Numbered from the stretch's first letter, positions 9,155-20,256 are shown. The stretch is DNA of 64,000 nucleotides from an uncultured Candidatus Binatia bacterium (GCA_965218425.1 OZ244621.1:2688001-2752000); one strand, 5' to 3'. Translations and numbers: made by a program. The notes: generated by a model from the sequence alone, not told the origin.

Positions 9155-10291
9155 CTATTTCCCCTTGGTTGCAATCAGCCTTTTGACGAATTTCTGCGAC
9201 GCCTCCATCTTGGGCAGGAAGCCGGGGTCTTTTTCTAGAAAAATATACGGGAACCCTTTCTTCCTCAGATTGTGTGGAAGCACTTTGTCTTTGGGAATGT
9301 CGATACGCAGGGAGTTGGCTCCGTCCACTCTTTGCGCAAATTCCTGTCCCTCCCGGCTGAGCCACCAGTTGATGAATAGCTTCTGGGCATTAGGGTTCGG
9401 CGGGCTGTCCATAGCAAAGACGGCGCTCCCGCCAACGGCGATTCGCGATCCCTCTGAGAGGGCGTGGGGGAAGCGTTCGTCCACAGGTAGGCCTTGCCTC
9501 CTTGCGTTGCGAACCTCTGTCCTGCAGGCGAACATGCAGATGCTGTATTTCCCCAATGCAAGCCACTCCGCCGCCTGCCGGGCATTACTTGAGATGGTCA
9601 CATTCATCTCCGTCAGCAGGCTGCGTAAAAAAGGCTTCCCCAGATTGGGGTGCATGTAGTAGAAGGCCGTGCTCTGAAGGGTCCCGGCGGAACTGGGATC
9701 ACGCATGACGATCTTTCCCTTCCACTTGGACTTGAGCAGGTCGCTGTAGGACTGGATCTCTTTGGGGTCCACAAGGTTCGTGTTGTAGGTGATCTCTGCC
9801 GTCGAAGCGTTTCCGCCCCAGGCCACGATGTATGCACGGTCCTTTTCATCCAGGTAGGTGAGCCCACCCTCGTACCAAGCGGAATCATCCAGTGCCTCCG
9901 GGTGTATGAGCAGCGGTTTCAGGGGAGCAAGAGCCCTGGCGGGCATTAGCCTCGCTTGAGAAGTGCGGGCGCCGCCCATCCAGAGGTCTATGGTGAACCT
10001 TCCGGCCCGACGTTCTGCCAGAACCCTGGACGCTTGCTGACCCGAGGAGCCGGTGGAATTGATCCACTTGATGCCAAACTTCTTTTCGAACTCGGGGATC
10101 ATCTTGCCCACGGCTCGGCCGGTTCCGCAGCAGATGAACGTAACAACTTGCCCTTCCGCCTGTGCGGCCTTGATGAGTGCATTCCATTCTTTCTTGAAGT
10201 CGTCTGCCTTAGCGGGTGTGACTGTTCCAAGAATGATGACTATCGTACCTGTAATTAGCGGGAAAAACGCAAGAGCTTTGGTCAGCTTCAT
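9155..10291 (-). CDS. ABC transporter extracellular solute-binding protein (AfuA/FbpA-like fold)
   Basis: Signal peptide; ITYNTNLV, DLLKSKWKGKI, PNAQKLFINWWLSREGQ. Confidence 0.85.
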   Translation of the reverse strand: MKLTKALAFFPLITGTIVIILGTVTPAKADDFKKEWNALIKAAQAEGQVVTFICCGTGRAVGKMIPEFEKKFGIKWINSTGSSGQQASRVLAERRAGRFTIDLWMGGARTSQARLMPARALAPLKPLLIHPEALDDSAWYEGGLTYLDEKDRAYIVAWGGNASTAEITYNTNLVDPKEIQSYSDLLKSKWKGKIVMRDPSSAGTLQSTAFYYMHPNLGKPFLRSLLTEMNVTISSNARQAAEWLALGKYSICMFACRTEVRNARRQGLPVDERFPHALSEGSRIAVGGSAVFAMDSPPNPNAQKLFINWWLSREGQEFAQRVDGANSLRIDIPKDKVLPHNLRKKGFPYIFLEKDPGFLPKMEASQKFVKRLIATKGK

Positions 10292-10854
10292 AATTGTTTC
10301 CCTCCGTATTTAATTTAAAGGTCCGAACCGTATCCCCTTCTTTCGACGGGGCATGACGTTACCAGTCCAGTATGATTCAGTCAAGGCGCTGGACCTGTTC
10401 CATATCAACCACGATTTTCATCATTTTTCAGAGGCCCTTCAGGATGACCGCCGGCGAGCGGGCCGTCCTGTGATTCTTGCTCCTAGGATTAAGGTTATTC
10501 CAAGTATTTATGTCTGCAACCTTTTTTCTGTTTTCTAATGGAGTTTAGGTCTCGCGAAGAATGTCGGATCGGAGTTGACAGACCCCATTCCCTATGCTGA
10601 TATAGGGTCACTTGAAGCTAAGAAATTGATCCCTATTCCCTTGTTGGTTGAGGCAGTTTTGGGAGCATTCTCAGACAAAATGGAGGGAAAAAGTATCATT
10701 AAAGGGGGAATCAAGGGATTAAAAATCGGCCAGGTGCCCTACTCATTCGTGGTGGGTGTGTGCTGGCCTTTTCTTTTGCGACAATGACGGTTGTTTTGAA
10801 ACTGGGTAGGGTTGATATTTTGAGTAGATCCATCATGGAGGAGGAGACAAGACG

Positions 10855-12081
10855 ATGCCCATAACCAAAGAGATGAACGATTTTCTGACCAAGGTGGGTC
10901 CAGGCGAACCTGCAGGTGAGCTCTTGCGCCGTTACTGGCATCCTGTTGCCGTGGCTAAAGAACTGACCGAGGAGAATCCCACAAAGTTTGTCCGCATCCT
11001 CGGGGAAAACCTGGTGCTGTTTCGCGACATGAAAGGTCGGGTGGGTCTCCTGGAGGACCGTTGCGCGCATCGCGGTGCCTCTTTGGTTTACGGAAGGGTT
11101 GAGGAGCGGGGGATTGCCTGCGCCTATCATGGATGGCTCTATGACACGCAGGGGAATTGTTTGGAAACCCCACCGGAGCCTGCCGAGAGCAAGTTCAGAC
11201 TGACCATCAAGCAAAAGGCCTATCCGGTGCAAAAACTCGTGGGTCTCTATTGGGCATACATGGGTCCGGAGCCCGCCCCCCAGATCCCGAAGTACGATAC
11301 ATTGTTCCGTACGGACGGCCACCGCAAGATCGTGGTTCATCCCCAGTTGGACTGCAATTGGTTTCAGGCCATGGAGAACTCTGCGGATCCATCCCATCTG
11401 CAGGTCCTTCATCAGGAATTTGCCGGCAGGAAAGGGAGAAAACCGGAGAGCACGACCCGGGGATTTACCGATGACGTTGATAATTTCGAGTTCTACACGG
11501 TCCCCTACGGCATCATCAAAAAACGGCTCTACAAAAACGGCATGCTGGATGAACATCCCGTAATCTTCCCCAATATCCTCAGACAGGGGCCGAGCACCCA
11601 GATCCGCGTGCCCATCGATGACGAGCATACCATGCATATCCACGTTATGTTTACGCTCGCTGGAAACGGAGCTCCCTCACAGGACCCGCAAGACCTGCCG
11701 GTGGAGTACAAACCACCATACAAGGAGCCGGCCCACCAGATCCATCCTTTTACCAGGTACACCCTGCAGCATGTGATCCCTCAGGACCATATGGCATGGG
11801 AAACCCAGGGGCCGGTTGCTGACCGAACCAGGGAACGCCTGGCCACCGCGGATAAGGGGATCGTGATGCTGAGGGAGATGTTGAAGGAAAACATCGAAAG
11901 GGTGCAAGCAGGGCTTGACCCCATACATGGATATTCCCGTGATCCTAATCAACCCATTATCGATACCAACATCGATAGCGGACTGGAGCAGACGAGGGCC
12001 GACCGGGCTCCGGAGGTGAAGAAGGGTGGAATTCGAGAAATCGCTCCACTCGGCAGTACCTCGGCCGACCAAGCTAAATAG
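10855..12081 (+). CDS. Rieske non-heme iron oxygenase alpha subunit (LigX / phthalate 4,5-dioxygenase-like)
   Basis: VGPGEPAGELLRRYWHPV; Rieske ligands CAH...CAYH; mononuclear Fe site ENSADPSHLQVLH; QDHMAWETQG. Confidence 0.9.
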   Translation: MPITKEMNDFLTKVGPGEPAGELLRRYWHPVAVAKELTEENPTKFVRILGENLVLFRDMKGRVGLLEDRCAHRGASLVYGRVEERGIACAYHGWLYDTQGNCLETPPEPAESKFRLTIKQKAYPVQKLVGLYWAYMGPEPAPQIPKYDTLFRTDGHRKIVVHPQLDCNWFQAMENSADPSHLQVLHQEFAGRKGRKPESTTRGFTDDVDNFEFYTVPYGIIKKRLYKNGMLDEHPVIFPNILRQGPSTQIRVPIDDEHTMHIHVMFTLAGNGAPSQDPQDLPVEYKPPYKEPAHQIHPFTRYTLQHVIPQDHMAWETQGPVADRTRERLATADKGIVMLREMLKENIERVQAGLDPIHGYSRDPNQPIIDTNIDSGLEQTRADRAPEVKKGGIREIAPLGSTSADQAK

Positions 12082-12102
12082 AGTCTCATAAGGAGAAACA
12101 AA

Positions 12103-13248
12103 ATGAAGCTGCGTAGTCAACTTAATCTCCGGGCAATGCTTGCGGCCATGGTTGTCCTTTTGGCCTTGCCTGCAGCGGGGTTCGCTCTGAGTGGTTCGTT
12201 CGACCAACAGTGGGCGGAACTCCTCAAGAAGGCCCAGCAAGAGGGAAAGGTAGTTGCCTTTATTTGCTGTGGTGTCGGGCGTGGGGTCGGGAAATACATT
12301 GGGGAGTTTGAAAAGAAGTACAAGATCAAGGTTGTGTTTTCCACCGGCTCATCCCGGCAGCAGTCGGACCGCGTTCTAGCCGAGCGCAGGGCCGGTCGGT
12401 ATTCCCTTGACGTCTGGATGGGGGGTATCACATCGGTGAACACGCGCCTACTCCCTGCAGGGGTTGTAGAACCCCTCAAACCACTCCTGATCCACCCTGA
12501 GGTTCTCGACAAGAAGGCATGGTACAAGAGCGAGGGTCCGGTCCTTATGGACCCGGAGGCAAATTATGTTGTGGCCTTCCGTGGTAACGGCGGTTTCACG
12601 TCGGAAATCACCTACAACACGGACAAGCTCAACCCGGACGAAATTAAATCCTTCTGGGATCTATTGAAGCCTAAGTACAGGGGGAAAATCGTAGGTCGCG
12701 ATCCCAGTACGGCAGGTGTGGGACAGAGCACCGCGTACTACTACATGCATCCAAAGCTAGGTCCCAAGTTCCTCCACAGGCTGTTGACCGAAACGGATAT
12801 TACCATTGTGAAAAACGCCCGGCAGGCAGCGGAATGGTTGGCTCTGGGTAAATACTCCATGTGTCTGTTTGCCTGCGGACGGGAGGTGAGGAGTCTGATG
12901 AGGCAGGGGATGCCGGTGCGCGATGAAATTCGAAAACTGCTCAAAGAATCTCCGCGAATCAGCGTCGGAGGCGGGGCCATCTGGTCCATGAAGAATGCGC
13001 CGCATCCTAACGCCCGCACGTTTTTCCTCAACTGGTGGCTAACCCGGGACGGCCAGACCCTGATGCAAAAGGCCGATGGCGATGACTCCCTACGTGTGGA
13101 CATCACTAAAAAGGGGGTGAATAAAGCAGCCAGACGGCAAAAGGGCGTTGAATATTGGTTCCCTGACAGTGACCCCGAGTTCCAGAAAAAGCTGGGTGAG
13201 TCCATGGCCTTCGCGCGCAAGGCCCTGGTCTCGGTGGGCAAGAAATAG
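12103..13248 (+). CDS. ABC transporter extracellular solute-binding protein (paralogue of 9155-10291)
   Basis: Signal peptide; shares FICCG, RVLAERRAGR and NARQAAEWLALGKYS with the first copy. Confidence 0.85.
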   Translation: MKLRSQLNLRAMLAAMVVLLALPAAGFALSGSFDQQWAELLKKAQQEGKVVAFICCGVGRGVGKYIGEFEKKYKIKVVFSTGSSRQQSDRVLAERRAGRYSLDVWMGGITSVNTRLLPAGVVEPLKPLLIHPEVLDKKAWYKSEGPVLMDPEANYVVAFRGNGGFTSEITYNTDKLNPDEIKSFWDLLKPKYRGKIVGRDPSTAGVGQSTAYYYMHPKLGPKFLHRLLTETDITIVKNARQAAEWLALGKYSMCLFACGREVRSLMRQGMPVRDEIRKLLKESPRISVGGGAIWSMKNAPHPNARTFFLNWWLTRDGQTLMQKADGDDSLRVDITKKGVNKAARRQKGVEYWFPDSDPEFQKKLGESMAFARKALVSVGKK

Positions 13249-13274
13249 GGATAAACGAAAGGGCGTAGTAGCCT

Positions 13275-15023
13275 ATGAATCGAATCGCCGGGACCGGTAC
13301 AGCCGCATCTCCCTGGAGTGCCATCCGCCGTCCAAGCACGGGCACATTTGTGATGGCAGCGCTGATTCTGACCTTCGGGTTCTACATCCTCTATCCGGTG
13401 GTGCTCATCTTTGTAAACAGCTTCAATATCGCCAGTATCGTAGATCCCTACAAATTCAGCTTTCAGAACTGGCAGATGGCCTTCTCCCAGCCAGGGATCA
13501 TGAAGTCCATCGGCAACACCTTCCTGGTTTACGTTGCCTATACATCTATCAGCTTCCCTTTGGCCGTGGTTATTTCCTGGATCCTGGCCCGCACTCGAAT
13601 CCCCTTCAGCCATGGCCTGGAATTTATGTTCTGGGTCTCCTTCATGCTGCCGTCACTCTCGACAACCGTCGGGTGGACCTTTCTCTTGGACCCGGATATT
13701 GGCTTTATCAATCAGGCGGTGAAGTGGTTTCCCTTTGTGGAAGAGGGCCCGTTCAATATCTATAGCGTCCAGGGAATTATTGGCGCCCACCTGTTCGGCA
13801 ACGCCATCTCCCAGAAGGTGATGCTGCTCACACCTGCCTTCCGCAACATGGACCTGTCTTTGGAGGAGGCGAGCATCGTGTCCGGGGCATCGAATTTGGG
13901 CACAATGATGCGGGTTACCCTGCCCGTGATGATTCCGCCCATGGTGGTTGTCTTCATGTTGAACGTGGTGCGCATCTTCCAAAGTTTTGAGACCGAAAGA
14001 ATTCTGGGCACACCCATTGGGTTTTTCGTGTACTCCACCAAGATCTTTCAGCAGATTCGGGATTTTGATCCACCGGAATATGGGCAGGCAACGGCCCTAG
14101 CCAGTGTCACCCTTATTCTCATCGCCGCCATCATCCCAATCCAACGCTGGCTCCTCCATCGGCGCCAATACACCACCGTGACGTCGGCATACAAACCGGG
14201 GTTGATTCATCTGGGATGGTTTCAACCCATAGCAACCACTTTAGTTATCACCGTGGTTGCCCTGCTCACTTTGGTCCCCGTACTGACCCTCGTTGGAGGG
14301 AGCTTCATGACCCGGGTAGGGTTTTTCCAAGTCAACACCGTATGGACCCTCCACCATTGGCGGGAGGTGCTCCAGGACCGGTTTTTTCTACTCGCTTTAC
14401 AGAACACAATACTCCTAAGCTTGAGCACCGCGTTGATTTCTCCCTTGCTGTTTTCCATTGTTGCTTACGTGCTCGTGCGTACCAAGTGGCATATGCGGGG
14501 CATCTTGGACTCCCTTTTCTGGATGTCCGCATCCATTCCCGGTATCTTGGCCGGCTTGGGCTTGCTCTGGCTGTTCCTGGGGACACCCTTATTGAAGCCC
14601 ATATTCGGCACCATTTGGGCGCTGGTCCTGGTGACGTTACTTCAGGGTAAACTGACCAGTACCCAGCTATTCAAGGGGATATTCCTCCAGATGGGAGAAG
14701 AACTCGAAGAAGCGTCAAGGTTATCCGGAGCTGGTTGGTGGCGGACCTACTTTAGAATTTGGCTTCCCTTGATCATGCCGATGCTGGTCCTGGTGGGGAC
14801 GTTCAACTTCGTATTGGCGGCCCAGGCGACCAGTGGCATTATCCTTTTGGCCAGCCGTGGGACGGTGACGTTGTCAATTCTTGCGCTGGAACTGATGACC
14901 CATGCGGATGGGGCCGAGCTGGAGGCGGCAGGCATCGTCAGCCTTGTGATGATTGCCCTGACTGTGGGAGTCGCCCTGGTGGCCCGAAGGTTCGGACTCC
15001 GTGTGGGTGTCCCGCAGCGGTAG
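13275..15023 (+). CDS. ABC transporter permease (FbpB-type, two membrane domains)
   Basis: Hydrophobic protein with two EAA loops (LEEASIVSGA, LEEASRLSGA). Confidence 0.9.
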   Translation: MNRIAGTGTAASPWSAIRRPSTGTFVMAALILTFGFYILYPVVLIFVNSFNIASIVDPYKFSFQNWQMAFSQPGIMKSIGNTFLVYVAYTSISFPLAVVISWILARTRIPFSHGLEFMFWVSFMLPSLSTTVGWTFLLDPDIGFINQAVKWFPFVEEGPFNIYSVQGIIGAHLFGNAISQKVMLLTPAFRNMDLSLEEASIVSGASNLGTMMRVTLPVMIPPMVVVFMLNVVRIFQSFETERILGTPIGFFVYSTKIFQQIRDFDPPEYGQATALASVTLILIAAIIPIQRWLLHRRQYTTVTSAYKPGLIHLGWFQPIATTLVITVVALLTLVPVLTLVGGSFMTRVGFFQVNTVWTLHHWREVLQDRFFLLALQNTILLSLSTALISPLLFSIVAYVLVRTKWHMRGILDSLFWMSASIPGILAGLGLLWLFLGTPLLKPIFGTIWALVLVTLLQGKLTSTQLFKGIFLQMGEELEEASRLSGAGWWRTYFRIWLPLIMPMLVLVGTFNFVLAAQATSGIILLASRGTVTLSILALELMTHADGAELEAAGIVSLVMIALTVGVALVARRFGLRVGVPQR

Positions 15024-15034
15024 AACAGATTCCG

Positions 15035-16054
15035 TCAAAGGTTGTAGAGGGCGCTCGGGTTGTCGTTGAGAATCTTTTCGATGACGCGCGGACTAAACTC
15101 ACCTTTCTGTTGTAGACTTCGTAGCGCGTCGATCTCGGTGGCCGTGTCCGCATGACCGTAATCGGACCCGATAAGGATGCTGTCCTCTCCGGCATACTTT
15201 AGTATATAGGAGAGGTCGTCATCAGTCTGGCACGCCACGTAAAGCCGCATTTCCCGCATAAAGTTGGGACTGAGAGTCCTTTCTTTTCTCTTGAACCGCT
15301 TGACCATGTCGTGGATCGCGTAGGGTATCCACTGGGCGCTCACCTCTATAAAGCCGAACTTGAGTTTGGGAAACCGTTCCATGAGACCATCGGAGACGAT
15401 GGAATGGAAACTTGAGACCACCGGGAGCTTGTTTTTTCCAAACCCGATCTCTTGCTCGAATACATTGACCCAGTCAAAGCTGCCCGTGCCTGCGTGGACG
15501 CAGACGGGCACGTTGAGCCGGCTGGCTTCCTCGTAGAGGGGGTAAAAACAGGAGTCGGTGAGCACCCGGTCCTCGGGTATGGGTCGGGTAAAGAGTGCGC
15601 AGGCACCGTTGTCCTTGGCCCACTTTGCCTCGGCCAGGGCGTTTTCCATATTCAAGAGCGGAACAATAGCCGCCCAGTGCAGCCGTTTTTCCCCCTTTCT
15701 ACAGATGTCGACCATCCAGCGGTTGTAGCTTCTTGCAAGGGCCCGTTCGACCTCGGGTCGGCTGGTGAGGGGCCGGAGAAAGATGGAAGGGTAAAGGACC
15801 TGAACGTCCACTCCCAATTCGTCCATGTGTCTCAGCCTGACCTCGACGTCTTTCATCTCCCGGGAGGGCGCAGGGAATTCTTTGCCAACGTTGCCGCCCC
15901 GACCAAAGACTTTGCCATCGATCACCCAGAACTGCTTTCCCGGGTCGGACGAGGAGGTAACGGTAACAGGCCTAAATTTAGCGTCGGACCCGTCCATAAA
16001 TTCCCAAGTTCGCTCCGTTTCAATGACATGCGCGTCCGCATCGATTGTAGGCAT
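15035..16054 (-). CDS. Amidohydrolase_2 family protein (decarboxylase/hydratase/hydrolase)
   Basis: IDADAHV, VCVH, GSDYGHAD, ILNDNPSALY. RBS GGAGGT before ATG 16054. Confidence 0.88.
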   Translation of the reverse strand: MPTIDADAHVIETERTWEFMDGSDAKFRPVTVTSSSDPGKQFWVIDGKVFGRGGNVGKEFPAPSREMKDVEVRLRHMDELGVDVQVLYPSIFLRPLTSRPEVERALARSYNRWMVDICRKGEKRLHWAAIVPLLNMENALAEAKWAKDNGACALFTRPIPEDRVLTDSCFYPLYEEASRLNVPVCVHAGTGSFDWVNVFEQEIGFGKNKLPVVSSFHSIVSDGLMERFPKLKFGFIEVSAQWIPYAIHDMVKRFKRKERTLSPNFMREMRLYVACQTDDDLSYILKYAGEDSILIGSDYGHADTATEIDALRSLQQKGEFSPRVIEKILNDNPSALYNL

Positions 16055-16181
16055 GGATTTACCTCCCCTTGGCCCCAATTGGGATCAACTTACACTATTC
16101 CTGCGGATTTTGACAAGCGGTGCTAGGGGAAAAATCTTACGAATCAAGGTATGTTTCCAATTCGCGGCAATCCAACGGGCA

Positions 16182-16396
16182 TTATTTTAGCAAATCCAGT
16201 TGCTGCTGCCGGCTCCGATTGGAAGTCTTTTGAATATCCGCGAGTGACTCTTTGGTACTTTCGTATATCTTAAACTCCTTAGTAACGACTTCTTTCACGG
16301 CGCGCGAACCCGGTTCTCGTCGTCCTTTCCGCCACAGGGGGTGAGAATCAGGGCCATTGTTAGAACCTCAAGCATATTCATGTGATTTCGTTTCAT
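16182..16396 (-). pseudogene. Possible frameshifted small lipoprotein remnant
   Basis: RBS GGGAGG, then MKRNHMNMLEVLTMALILTPCGGKDDE..., continuing in another frame as VKEVVTKEFKIYE...LLK*. The 215-nt span is not a multiple of 3. Confidence 0.3.
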
Positions 16397-16650
16397 ATTC
16401 TTGGCCTCCCCATTGTTCTTGCAAGGGTTTGCTCTCATCACGTCACCCGCTATTATACGATACTCAGTCCCATGGAGCCATTTGAGGATCAGGAGGCCGG
16501 TCGAGTCAGTATTCTGCTGATGGGATCAAAGACCGCTGGATTTTATGCTGCTATTTTGCTACCCGATGTGGATGTGCGGTTCATGGCTTTTCGTTTGTGG
16601 GGAGCCAATCTCACTATCCACTGTCCGTTATAAGGAAAGGGAGGTCTACC

Positions 16651-17673
16651 GTGTGTGATTTCGCCGCCGATGCCGCAGCCGCGGAACAGCTATTGGTTGG
16701 GAGGACCCTCACTGTGGAGCGAGTCCGCGAGCTCAATGCCAAGGACTATTTCTACCAGATGCTCAAGGATAATCCGGAGATGCTCAAGATCTATCCGGGC
16801 ATCGAAAATGAACTGTTGCTGGGTGCCATTGACTGCCACATCCATGCCTACCCCGACTTTGTCCATCGCTCCCAGAATATGATCCAGATCGCCCTGGAAG
16901 CTTCCAAGTCGGGTATGCGGGCGGTGGCCTTCAAAGACCATTGGAACATCAGCTGTAGTTCCGCCTATCTGGTCCAGCGCCATGTTGATTTCTTATTCGA
17001 GCGCGGTGAAATCGAGCGCCGGGTGGAGGTTTACGGCGGCGCCGGCACATGTCATGGGATGAATCCCGACTACATCCGTGTGGCCCTTCAGTATCCCAAT
17101 TTCAAGATGATCTGGTTTCCCACCTTTACCTCGCTGGGTTTCTGGCGCGGGGCGGGTCATCCCGACAGGGGAGGCGTCAGGTTGGTGGGGGAAGACGGTG
17201 AGGTATTGCCCAATGTGGTGGAGGTCATGCAGATGGCGGTGGAGAAGAAAGTCGGCATCGGTTTTGGCCATACCGATTTTAAGGAGTTGCTGCCCCTGGC
17301 CAAAAAGGCCAAGGAGCTTGGCGTTCGTGCCACACTCGATCACCCGCTACTGGAACTCAACAAACTTCTTCTGGATGAAATGAAGGAACTGGCGGAGCTG
17401 GGGGTCTATGTGGGCACCTATTGCCAGCCCATGATCCCAAGCCTCTACCAACCGGTGGCTGACCCCATGGAGACCATTAAGACCATCAAAGAGATTGGAC
17501 CGGAGCGCTGTATTATTGGCAGCGACTTTGGCCAGGTGCTTCATATGGACGCCATCGACGGCATGCGCGTTTTCATCCGCGCCTTGCTGGCCTATGGGAT
17601 CAAGCCCGACCAGGTGAAGATGATGCTCAAAGACAATCCCGCCAAGCTCATGTGGTTGGATGAGTCGGCGTAA
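16651..17673 (+). CDS. TIM-barrel metal-dependent hydrolase (DUF6282-like)
   Basis: AIDCHIHAYPD, KDH, GFGH, DHP, GSDFGQ, DNPAKL. GTG start after GGAGG. Confidence 0.75.
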   Translation: MCDFAADAAAAEQLLVGRTLTVERVRELNAKDYFYQMLKDNPEMLKIYPGIENELLLGAIDCHIHAYPDFVHRSQNMIQIALEASKSGMRAVAFKDHWNISCSSAYLVQRHVDFLFERGEIERRVEVYGGAGTCHGMNPDYIRVALQYPNFKMIWFPTFTSLGFWRGAGHPDRGGVRLVGEDGEVLPNVVEVMQMAVEKKVGIGFGHTDFKELLPLAKKAKELGVRATLDHPLLELNKLLLDEMKELAELGVYVGTYCQPMIPSLYQPVADPMETIKTIKEIGPERCIIGSDFGQVLHMDAIDGMRVFIRALLAYGIKPDQVKMMLKDNPAKLMWLDESA

Positions 17674-17693
17674 CGGAATAGGAAAGGAAATCC

Positions 17694-19385
17694 ATGGCTC
17701 AAGACCTAAAGAAACACAGCCGCGCAATCACTGACGGGCCGGACCGGGCGCCGTCAAGGGCGATGCTCAAGGGAATAGGATTCACGGATCAGGATCTAGC
17801 CCGCCCATTGGTGGGTGTCGCCAACACCTGGATAGAGGTGATGCCTTGCAACTATCACCTGCGTAGGCTCTCGGCAAAGGTGAAAGAGGGAATCCGTGCC
17901 GCAGGGGGAACCCCCATTGAATTTAACACCGTGGCCGTTTCCGACGGCATTTCCATGGGAACTGAAGGAATGAAGGCCTCCCTGGTTAGCCGGGAAGTCG
18001 TGGCGGACTCAATCGAGCTGGTCACGCGGGGTCACCTCTTCGACGCCGTGGTGGCGCTGTCCGGCTGCGACAAAACCATCCCGGGCACCGTCATGGCGCT
18101 GGCCCGTTTGAATCTGCCTTCATTGATGCTCTATGGAGGCTCCATCATGCCGGGAAGCTTCCGCGGCAGGGATGTGACGATTCAGGACGTCTTTGAGGCG
18201 GTGGGAGCTCACGCCTCCGGCAAGATGTCCGATGCCGATTTAAAAGAGCTCGAGGGACAAACCTGTCCAGGACCAGGGGCCTGCGGCGGGCAATTCACCG
18301 CCAATACCATGGCCACCGCATTTGAGATGATGGGAATATCCCCCATCGGCAGCGCGAGCATTCCGGCCATGGACACAAAAAAAGACGATGCAGCATTCAG
18401 CGCGGGTCAGCTGGTGATGAAGCTGTTGGAGCAAGGTCTGACTGCCAAAGACGTCATCACTGAGGAGGCCCTCGAGAACGCCATTGCGGCCATCGCGGCC
18501 ACGGGTGGCTCCACCAATGGAGTGCTGCATCTCCTGGCGGTAGCCCGCGAAGCCGGCGTGTCTCTGGTGCTCGATGATTTTGACCGGATCAGCGCACGCA
18601 CCCCTCTGCTTGCAGATCTCAAACCGGGCGGGCGATTTGTAGCTACAGATCTTTATCGGGCGGGTGGTGTCCCGCTGGTCGCCCGACGTCTTTTGGAAGG
18701 CGGGTTGCTCAACGCTAACGCCATGACGGTTACGGGTCGAACCATTGGTGAAGAGGTTAAGAGTGCCAATGAGGCCCCGGGACAGGAGGTGGTTCTTCCC
18801 CTCTCAAAGCCGCTGAAGCCCACGGGGGGACTGGTGATCCTCAAGGGGAATTTGGCACCTGAGGGATGCGTGATCAAGGTAGCTGGACATGAGAGGGTTA
18901 AGCATCGCGGGCCGGCCCGTGTCTTTGACCGTGAGGAAGACGCCTTTCAGGCCGTGCAGGCGGGAAAGATTCAGGCCGGTGACGTGGTGGTCATTCGCTA
19001 CGAGGGCCCCAAGGGAGGTCCAGGGATGCGCGAAATGCTGGCGGTCACGGCGGCGCTGGTGGGTGCTGACCTGGGAGATTCCGTGGCGCTGCTCACGGAC
19101 GGCCGCTTCTCTGGTGCGACCCACGGGCTCATGGCGGGCCACGTGGCCCCGGAGGCGGCCCATGGAGGGCCCATTGCGGCCCTGCGGGACGGAGATATGG
19201 TGTCCTTCGATGTGGAGGGTCGTCGCCTGGACGTGGAGCTGTCGGATGATGAGATCCGGTCACGGCTCGGCCAGTGGACGCCACCAAAGGCGCGTTATGC
19301 GACCGGGGTCATGGCAAAATATGCTTACCTGGTCTCCTCAGCAGCCGATGGTGCGGTGACGGGATTCAACCGCAACGGGGGGTGA
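17694..19385 (+). CDS. ilvD: Dihydroxy-acid dehydratase
   Basis: [48 protein letters not shown]. Confidence 0.96.
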   Translation: MAQDLKKHSRAITDGPDRAPSRAMLKGIGFTDQDLARPLVGVANTWIEVMPCNYHLRRLSAKVKEGIRAAGGTPIEFNTVAVSDGISMGTEGMKASLVSREVVADSIELVTRGHLFDAVVALSGCDKTIPGTVMALARLNLPSLMLYGGSIMPGSFRGRDVTIQDVFEAVGAHASGKMSDADLKELEGQTCPGPGACGGQFTANTMATAFEMMGISPIGSASIPAMDTKKDDAAFSAGQLVMKLLEQGLTAKDVITEEALENAIAAIAATGGSTNGVLHLLAVAREAGVSLVLDDFDRISARTPLLADLKPGGRFVATDLYRAGGVPLVARRLLEGGLLNANAMTVTGRTIGEEVKSANEAPGQEVVLPLSKPLKPTGGLVILKGNLAPEGCVIKVAGHERVKHRGPARVFDREEDAFQAVQAGKIQAGDVVVIRYEGPKGGPGMREMLAVTAALVGADLGDSVALLTDGRFSGATHGLMAGHVAPEAAHGGPIAALRDGDMVSFDVEGRRLDVELSDDEIRSRLGQWTPPKARYATGVMAKYAYLVSSAADGAVTGFNRNGG

Positions 19386-19392
19386 TAAGGCA

Positions 19393-20256
19393 ATGCGGTC
19401 CACAATAATTAAATTGATGGTGGTGTTGGTGGGTCTACTGCTCGCGAACGCCGTTCCCAGCTCAGCCCAAAGAGAGCCGGTCCGGAAAATTGACAGGATC
19501 TCCGGCGCACTCTATCGATTCCAGAACAATTTTCACTATTCGGTCTTTTTGGTGACCGGGGATGGAATCATTGCAACTGACCCCATCAACGCGGATGCGG
19601 CTAAATGGCTCAACGGGGAGCTGCGCAAGCGCTTTAACCAGCCGGTTAAGTATCTTATTTACAGTCACGACCACCCTGACCACATTGCCGGCGGAGAGGT
19701 CTTTGCCGACACCGCGGTGGTTGTAGCGCATGATAATGCAAAGGCGGCCATAGTTGGAGAGAAGCGGCCTGCTGCGGTCCCCAACGTCACCTTTTCCGAC
19801 AAGATGACCATTGAACTGGGTGGCCAAACCGTGGAGCTTCAGTATGTTGGCCGGGGACATTCGGACAATTTGATCGTCATGAATTTCCCGGGGCAACGTG
19901 CGCTGTTTGCGGTTGATTTTGTTTCGGTTAATAGACTCCCGTATCGGAATCTAGGGGACGCTTATTTTCCAGACTGGATGGAGGGACTGAAGGTCGTGGA
20001 AGGGATGGAATTTGACATTCTGGTGCCAGGTCATGGTCCCATGGGCAAGAAACAAGATGTCCGAAACCATCGTGCTTATCTCGACGATCTATACGAGGTG
20101 GTTCTCAAAGAGGCCCGTGCGGGGAAATCTCTTGAGGAGATGCAGCACAGCGTCAGGCTCCAAAAGTATAAAGACTGGGGCCGGTACAAGGAGTGGCTGC
20201 CGCTTAATATTGAGGGGATGTACCGAAACATCCAGCTCCACCGTCGAGGAAATTAG
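19393..20256 (+). CDS. Exported MBL-fold metallo-hydrolase
   Basis: Signal peptide; SHDHPDH, GHS, PGHG. Confidence 0.88.
   Translation: MRSTIIKLMVVLVGLLLANAVPSSAQREPVRKIDRISGALYRFQNNFHYSVFLVTGDGIIATDPINADAAKWLNGELRKRFNQPVKYLIYSHDHPDHIAGGEVFADTAVVVAHDNAKAAIVGEKRPAAVPNVTFSDKMTIELGGQTVELQYVGRGHSDNLIVMNFPGQRALFAVDFVSVNRLPYRNLGDAYFPDWMEGLKVVEGMEFDILVPGHGPMGKKQDVRNHRAYLDDLYEVVLKEARAGKSLEEMQHSVRLQKYKDWGRYKEWLPLNIEGMYRNIQLHRRGN

Noticed and set aside
10711..11643. Long antisense ORFs (also 12741-13613, 26072-26764, 31536-32468, 57329-58003, 59153-60106)
   Set aside because: Each lies opposite a well-supported gene, as is typical of GC-rich coding DNA.
19393..20256. MBL-fold protein as a beta-lactamase
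   Set aside because: The fold motif alone is insufficient; no class B beta-lactamase-specific similarity was recognised.
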